Source: Deltaproteobacteria bacterium (GTDB lineage Bacteria; Myxococcota_A; Polyangia; Fen-1088). Taken from it: DNA of 64,000 bases. Shown here piece after piece: positions 58,786 to 64,000 of the stretch. The stretch spans positions 257,018 through 321,017 of the forward strand of contig JANRKS010000019.1 of assembly GCA_033763315.1 (NCBI GenBank), given 5' to 3'. Position 1 is the stretch's first letter. Each line of letters begins with the position of its first letter. Below the pieces are notes generated by a model. It saw only the letters and a list, made by a program, of their open reading frames with translations, made no database searches and was not told where the DNA came from. The position numbers and the translations under genes are program-made.

Positions 58786-60426
58786 TTAGGGCGACTGGCG
58801 GGCACGCAACGGGATGCGGAACGCTAGCGGCTGGCCTTGGGCCCCGAATTGCGTGCTGCGCGCGATTTTCACGAGGCAGGCGCCAAGCGGCGTGGGGTTC
58901 AAACTTTCTGGCACCACCTTTGCCGTTTGCACGGCACCGCTGGGATCCGTTGAGAACGCCACCGCAATCTCTGGCACGCCTTGCACCTCCGCGGCATAGG
59001 TCTCGAAACATTTCTCGATGTTCGCCTGCCGCTTGCGCAAGGTGCGCGTCAGGGCCTCAGGGTCGGGTCCCGTGCGCTTGGGCGCGGGGGGACGAGGCTT
59101 CGCCACCACCGCTGTGGGGGTGGGTGGCGTGGGGGCGGGCGGGGGAGGCGCAGGCTCAGCAGGTTTTGCCTCAGTCTCAGGTTGCTTTTGCACCACAACA
59201 AAGGCGGGCTGTGTCGTAGCCGCGGGGGCGCTTCGCCTTTGCCACACAAATCCCAGGGCCCCGGCCGCCAATATGGCACCCGCGCCAATGCCTGCGAACA
59301 CCAGCTTTGAAGCGGGTGCACGCTGCGGCTTGGGCTCGTACCTCGGCGTCTCGCGCGTGGCCGCCGAGGTTGATTCCGTCATGTCGGACTGAATGAGCGC
59401 GCGCAATTCTGTGGTGTTGGCGGAGCGCCAAGCGCTATCAAGCACAGACAGTGGTTCAAGCCCCAACCTGGCAGGCATATCGCCCACAAAGTCCCTTTGG
59501 ATGTCCGCCACCAAACGCGCGTGCGCGGCGTCTTCGCCCTGGCGTCGGCACCATTTCAAGGCCTCGGCAAACTCAGCGGCTGAAGCGAATCGATTTTGCG
59601 GATCTTTCGCGAGAGCGCGCGCGATGACTGCATCGAGTTCCCGTCGTAGATCAGACCGGATGTGGCTGATGGGTGCGGGCTCGAACTCAGCGATGCGCTT
59701 CACGGTCTGCATCGAATTTTCGCCCTCGAACGGGTTGAAGCCCGCCAAGATCTTGTACAGCACCACGCCGGCGGCAAACACATCGCTTTGCGCGGAAGCT
59801 TGGCCGCCGCGAAAAATCTCCGGCGACGTGTAGGCCGCTTTGCCTTTGAATTCGCCTTCACGCGTGCGGTACTCACCGGCGTCGTCAGAGAAACGCGCGA
59901 TGCCAAAATCCAGAAGTTTTACGTGCCCTTCGGTGTCCAGCAATACGTTGCCTGGCGAAACGTCACGGTGAACCACTTCCAAGGCGTGTCCGTCTGAACG
60001 AACGAAGGTGTGAGCGTAGTGCAGCGCCTCAAGCACGCGGATCATCACCTGCAGCGCCACGTCGCCCGTGATGAGGCCGCCCGTCTCGCGCAGGAACCTG
60101 TGCCAAAGCCCAAGATCGTAACCACGCACGAACTCAAGCACCATCACGTACGCGCCATCCTCTTCACCGAAGTCGAGGATGTTCACGATGCCTGGGTGCT
60201 GCAGTTCAGAAAGAATGCGAGCCTCGCGCACAAACAAACCGGCCATGCGCGGGTTGGCCACCAAGTGCGGCAGGATGCGCTTAATCACCACGGGTCGTGC
60301 AAAGCCCGCGGCGCCTTCGGTGCGGCCAAGGTAAAGCACACCCATGCCACCGTGGGCCAGCACGCGCACCACGCGGTAGCGCCCTAGAACGGCGCGGCCC
60401 AACATCGGGTCAGTGAGCGCCTTCAA
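58786..60426 (-). CDS. Ser/Thr protein kinase: N-terminal Hanks kinase, TM helix, Pro-rich periplasmic linker, AgmX/PglI (TonB-C-like) C-terminal domain
   Basis: 'LAHGGMGVLYLG', 'VVIKRI', 'HRDVSPGNVLL', 'DFGIA'. TM 'FAGIGAGAILAAGALGFVW'. The C-terminal 'CFETYAAEVQGV...GACLVKIARSTQF' is alignable to the C-terminus of the gene at 13509. Confidence 0.8.
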   Translation of the reverse strand: MKALTDPMLGRAVLGRYRVVRVLAHGGMGVLYLGRTEGAAGFARPVVIKRILPHLVANPRMAGLFVREARILSELQHPGIVNILDFGEEDGAYVMVLEFVRGYDLGLWHRFLRETGGLITGDVALQVMIRVLEALHYAHTFVRSDGHALEVVHRDVSPGNVLLDTEGHVKLLDFGIARFSDDAGEYRTREGEFKGKAAYTSPEIFRGGQASAQSDVFAAGVVLYKILAGFNPFEGENSMQTVKRIAEFEPAPISHIRSDLRRELDAVIARALAKDPQNRFASAAEFAEALKWCRRQGEDAAHARLVADIQRDFVGDMPARLGLEPLSVLDSAWRSANTTELRALIQSDMTESTSAATRETPRYEPKPQRAPASKLVFAGIGAGAILAAGALGFVWQRRSAPAATTQPAFVVVQKQPETEAKPAEPAPPPPAPTPPTPTAVVAKPRPPAPKRTGPDPEALTRTLRKRQANIEKCFETYAAEVQGVPEIAVAFSTDPSGAVQTAKVVPESLNPTPLGACLVKIARSTQFGAQGQPLAFRIPLRARQSP

Positions 60427-62351
60427 GGCATTCTCCCTGCGGATCGGCGCAAGTAATAGTGAATGCCGCGTTCTTTGTGCTCGAAGCGAATCGCAAGCGA
60501 TCGGCGCTCAGCGGCTGAATGCACCTGACCCGCAAAACGAAGGTTTGGATCCAGGGGCAGGGGCGAGCCTGCCGCGGTCACCACCCAACCTGGCAGCGCA
60601 GAGCCCGCCACTTCCACCGTGTCGCCCGCCTTGAATTGTTTGTTTTGAGGCGCTTTGACCACCGCCGCCGGTGCCGCGTTGTCGAATCGAATCTTGACGG
60701 TGGTCTCAGGTGAGGCCGCAGAGGGGGCGCCCACGACTTTGAAAACCATCGAGTGGTTGCCTTCGGGCAGCGATGCAGATTTGAACACGTATTTGGGCTT
60801 GTTTGTTGTGAAGGTTTTCGTCTTGTCGCCCGTTGTCACGGTCACTTGGTATGACGCCGCTTTCGGTGCGCGCGGCCACGACAGCCGCACCTCAGGCAGC
60901 AGGTTTTGATAGAGGATTGTGTACTTGCGGCCATCCGTATCCACCAAGGTTGCGGGGGCAAGTCTGGGCAAATCGGCCGTGCCTGGATCGCGGATGATCT
61001 GCACGCTGCCTGTGACATCGGGACTGCCCGGACAAGCGACGGCGTAGCGGTGAACACCGGGCTGCATGTTGGCAATCGCGGCGAGGTCAGCGGTGCGCGG
61101 CAAAATGAAACGGCTGGGACCCACGCGCAAGCGGCCGCCTTTGGTGCAGGTGCTCGGAAACTTCACTTGCACGGCTGTGGGTGGTGATGGGTCATGCACC
61201 ACAAATGATTCGCCGGCCTCCACCAAAAGATCGGCCACATCGGGGCCGCGCCCGTCGACGCGCATGCGGCCTTGCGGATCCAGTGCCAACGTTTCGCCGG
61301 CCATAATTTCGTCGCTGCCACTGCCGGTTTGCACGGCCGCCATGCCTTCGCGCACGCGCACTTGCGTGCCCTTGGTTTTGTCCACCGCGACGTCAGCCAC
61401 GCTATCATTGGCGCGAACGGCGATGCTGCCGCCCGGCACAACGATCACCGTCTCGCCCGAAGCGCGGTCCACAGACACGCGTCCCACGTCGGCCTCCACT
61501 AAGCCTCGGTTGCCACCCACGCGAAAGACGCCGCGGCCATGCACGGTGGCCGCTTCATCGCCGCGCGCAACGTGCACGGTGGCCAACGCGGGCACATCGA
61601 ATGTCCCCCCCGCGGCTACGGCATGTTTGCCAGGATCCAATGCGGCCCAGGCGTCGGTTTCGGTGGCGCGGTATTTTACGCGCTTGCCCCGCACCGTGGC
61701 GGCAATGTCACCCGTGGGTGCGGGCGCCAAAGGTGCAGGGGCAGCCACGGGCGGTGCCTCTTTGGCCACATCCACCAGTCGCTCGATTTGCGCTGTTTCA
61801 AGATCAACTTGAATGCGCTGGCCCGCCAGGACTTTGATGGGCTCCCCGTTTTCGGGAGTGAAGTTCGCTATGCCCACGGTCACTTCGTAGCGGGTCCTTT
61901 TGCCTTCCTGCGAGACGATCATGCGTCCGCCAGGGTCCAAAACGGCCAGGCCCACGCTTGATCCCAAACGCAGGGGCGCCGCGCCCGCTTCGATCCACAC
62001 TTGGCCCACCTCGACCTCGAAGTTGTGTTGGTCGGGCAACGCCGCCAAGAACCGCAGCACAGCCTTCTCTTGCACCGCCAACGCAGAGCCATCTGAAAGG
62101 GTCAGCCGCGCGCCGGCACCCGCCGAGGTTTTGATTCCGTCGCCCAGTCGAAACGTGTCGCCGCTCTGAGCGGGCTTCCAACCCTGTGGCTTGGCGGCCA
62201 AATCACGCGTCACCTCACCCGTTGTGGAAGCCAAGGTGGCCAGCACACCGGTGTTCTTGTCGCAACCTTTGCATGCGGTCACGCACATGCAGGCCACCAG
62301 CGCAAAGGCCGTCCAAGGTTTTCGCAAAAACCAAGCGGCCGCTGTGTTCAC
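60423..62351 (-). CDS. FecR-domain lipoprotein
   Basis: Lipobox 'VACMCVTAC'. FecR-like 'FRLGDGIKTSAGAGARLTLSDGSALAVQEKAVLRF'. 4-bp overlaps on both sides. Confidence 0.65.
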   Translation of the reverse strand: MNTAAAWFLRKPWTAFALVACMCVTACKGCDKNTGVLATLASTTGEVTRDLAAKPQGWKPAQSGDTFRLGDGIKTSAGAGARLTLSDGSALAVQEKAVLRFLAALPDQHNFEVEVGQVWIEAGAAPLRLGSSVGLAVLDPGGRMIVSQEGKRTRYEVTVGIANFTPENGEPIKVLAGQRIQVDLETAQIERLVDVAKEAPPVAAPAPLAPAPTGDIAATVRGKRVKYRATETDAWAALDPGKHAVAAGGTFDVPALATVHVARGDEAATVHGRGVFRVGGNRGLVEADVGRVSVDRASGETVIVVPGGSIAVRANDSVADVAVDKTKGTQVRVREGMAAVQTGSGSDEIMAGETLALDPQGRMRVDGRGPDVADLLVEAGESFVVHDPSPPTAVQVKFPSTCTKGGRLRVGPSRFILPRTADLAAIANMQPGVHRYAVACPGSPDVTGSVQIIRDPGTADLPRLAPATLVDTDGRKYTILYQNLLPEVRLSWPRAPKAASYQVTVTTGDKTKTFTTNKPKYVFKSASLPEGNHSMVFKVVGAPSAASPETTVKIRFDNAAPAAVVKAPQNKQFKAGDTVEVAGSALPGWVVTAAGSPLPLDPNLRFAGQVHSAAERRSLAIRFEHKERGIHYYLRRSAGRMP

Positions 62352-63688
62352 TTGTTGCCTCGCTCACGTCGCAAGTCTGCGTTGAGCACGGTCACGCCAT
62401 TTTCTTCAATGCGCACTTCACGCGTTTGCGTGCGGAACCCTTTGGTGACGATCTGCACTTGGTAAGCGCCCGGTGGCACGTCCACCGCAAATGCACCTTC
62501 CTCGTCTGTTTGCGCTTCGATGCCGATCGGCTCCACGCGCACCGTGGCGCGCAAGCCTTGGCCTTTCCAGGATCGAATCAAGCCGCGCAACTGTCCTGCG
62601 GGCGTCTCAGGCGCCGCTGGCTCTTGCACCACAGTCTTGGTTTCTTCGGTTTTTGCGGCCGTTTCGGGCTTAGGTGCCTCAGGCTCGGACGTTTTTGAGG
62701 AGTTGGTGGCAAAGTCTTTAGGCGCGTCTGTGGCTGCGCTTCCAAATGTATAAGCCAAGCCAAACCGCCCGCCGAAGCGAGGTTCGATCGGTACAAGCTT
62801 ATCCGCCGCGCCAAGCTCGGGCCGCGCGCTTGGCGACGTTTCAAGCAACGCAAAGACTTGCCAATGGTTGTTGATGTTGTGGCGTACACCAGCCGTGGCC
62901 CGCATCGGCGATTGCGTAAGGCTTGGTCCCCCCAGCAGCAGATCGGCGGAGATTTCCGCCAACAAAGCTGTGGCGTTCAATTGATACGCCAAACCAACGC
63001 CCAACAACGCCGCGTTGTAGTCCGACAGGCCCAAGGCCACGCGGTCCCCAGGCCGGGTCAGCGCCAAATTGGGAGCGGCTTTTGCGCTTCGGTCCAAGCG
63101 AAAGCCGCCAGCGCTGGCGAAGGTGAGGTTGCCACTTTGAAAGGCGAACCCAAGTTTCAGATCCACCACCGCGGCGTCGAAGGCCAGCGAAGGTGCTTCG
63201 CGGCCCGGCACACGCACGCCCAGCTCGCCGCTCCACGCACGCGCGCCACTCCAGCGCCCATAGCGCGCCGTCAGCGCAGGCTCACCGTTGTAGCTGGTGT
63301 CCGCGCCTTGCGCGTCACTCGGGTGTCCGTCGCGTCTGCCATCAAGGCGCAGCCCAACGTCCAAGCCCGTCACCGGCGTGAACCCCAGCGCCACGCTGCC
63401 CACGAGGCGGTGGTGCGAGCCGGCGGCCGCGCCTTGCGCTTCAGTGAGTCCGTAGCCCGTTCCCGCAGCGGCGGCCCAAGTGCCTCCCGTGCGTAAACCA
63501 GGCAGCCCCAAACGCACAATGCCCGTCAACGCCGATTCTGTGTTTCCCGCTGTCGTCACGGTCGACGGGGCCTCAACGGAGGCTTGCGCAGCCACAACAT
63601 CCACGCCTTCTGCGGCGAACGCGGGGGCGGACAGCATGGCCACCAAAGCCACACCACATGCACTGCCTTGCGACGTTGCGATCTTCAT
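62348..63688 (-). CDS. Putative outer-membrane beta-barrel protein with a C-terminal carboxypeptidase-regulatory-like (CarbPepD_reg) domain
   Basis: Signal 'VALVAMLSAPAFAAEG'. Amphipathic strands 'LGVGLAYQLN', 'RFGLAYTF'. C-terminal 'RATVRVEPIGIEAQTDEEGAFAVDVPPGAYQVQIVTKGF'. Confidence 0.5.
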   Translation of the reverse strand: MKIATSQGSACGVALVAMLSAPAFAAEGVDVVAAQASVEAPSTVTTAGNTESALTGIVRLGLPGLRTGGTWAAAAGTGYGLTEAQGAAAGSHHRLVGSVALGFTPVTGLDVGLRLDGRRDGHPSDAQGADTSYNGEPALTARYGRWSGARAWSGELGVRVPGREAPSLAFDAAVVDLKLGFAFQSGNLTFASAGGFRLDRSAKAAPNLALTRPGDRVALGLSDYNAALLGVGLAYQLNATALLAEISADLLLGGPSLTQSPMRATAGVRHNINNHWQVFALLETSPSARPELGAADKLVPIEPRFGGRFGLAYTFGSAATDAPKDFATNSSKTSEPEAPKPETAAKTEETKTVVQEPAAPETPAGQLRGLIRSWKGQGLRATVRVEPIGIEAQTDEEGAFAVDVPPGAYQVQIVTKGFRTQTREVRIEENGVTVLNADLRRERGNK

Positions 63689-63852
63689 TTGGTGCCCGCT
63701 ATCCCTATGCGACGAGGGGGACCCAGCCCCCTGGAATTTCCTCGTCAGTTTGCGCCAAAGCTTGAACCACGTGTGACCTGGGTGGACTGGGACGCGTCGT
63801 CCGCCTGCGGGTGGGTAGGCACAGCGGGGATATCGTGATAGTTCGACCCACC

Positions 63853-64000
63853 ATGCTTTGCCTCGCGCTTCGATCGTTTCTTTGGGCCTCGTTGCTGGCA
63901 CCCTTCATCACCGGCCAGCCTCAGGCCGCGAGCGCGGGGGCCGTTGCCGCGTTTGCGCCGGCCGAGGCGGCGCCCGGTACCTTTTGCACCGCCGCGCGGC
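63853..64000 (+). CDS. 5' fragment of a secreted protein (runs off the window end)
   Basis: ATG followed by 'MLCLALRSFLWASLLAPFITGQPQAASAGA', a signal-peptide-like sequence. There is no stop before the window end. Confidence 0.3.
   Translation, partial: MLCLALRSFLWASLLAPFITGQPQAASAGAVAAFAPAEAAPGTFCTAAR

Noticed and set aside
1-64000. CRISPR arrays, IS elements, integrases or prophage genes
   Set aside because: No direct-repeat arrays and no transposase- or integrase-like ORFs were seen; the tRNA-Cys is not followed by mobile genes.

Overview
This is a high-GC (~68%) chromosomal segment whose gene content points to a myxobacterium (Myxococcales-like): there is a GltJ/AgmX-type gliding-motility paralog, many Hanks-type Ser/Thr kinases, pseudo-receiver regulators, and TPR/HEAT proteins. 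The conserved housekeeping backbone is clear: dnaG (3' end)-rpoD, parA-parB, serC-serA, hisZ-purA, pyrE, a plant-type glutamate-cysteine ligase followed by tRNA-Cys, cutA, aspartate kinase, ilvE, murB, and a LacI regulator with a secreted glycoside hydrolase. Interleaved with these are several tightly packed envelope and signalling operons that carry most of the novelty. The first (58786-63688) is a three-gene, FecA/FecR-like cell-surface-signalling module whose output is a Ser/Thr kinase carrying a TonB-C-like (AgmX/PglI C-terminal) periplasmic domain. The second (39499-50023) is an eight-gene minus-strand array that joins a GldA/F/G-type ABC system and a DUF4340 protein to a receptor-like kinase with a C-terminal kinase domain, a lipoprotein, an outer-membrane barrel and a cupredoxin-like secreted protein. 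A Cys-rich VWA lipoprotein (CglB-like) sits divergently next to that array. Further items are a GltJ/AgmX-like ZnR-GYF protein sharing an 8-residue ENSVLFSL motif with an unrelated coiled-coil protein, a PilZ/pseudo-receiver gene translationally coupled to parAB, an FHA/sulfatase/HEAT operon, two orphan biotin-carrier ORFs, and a ~170-bp imperfect palindrome between convergent genes. No CRISPR array, IS element or prophage was recognised. All domain calls are from reading the translated sequence and motifs, not from database searches.
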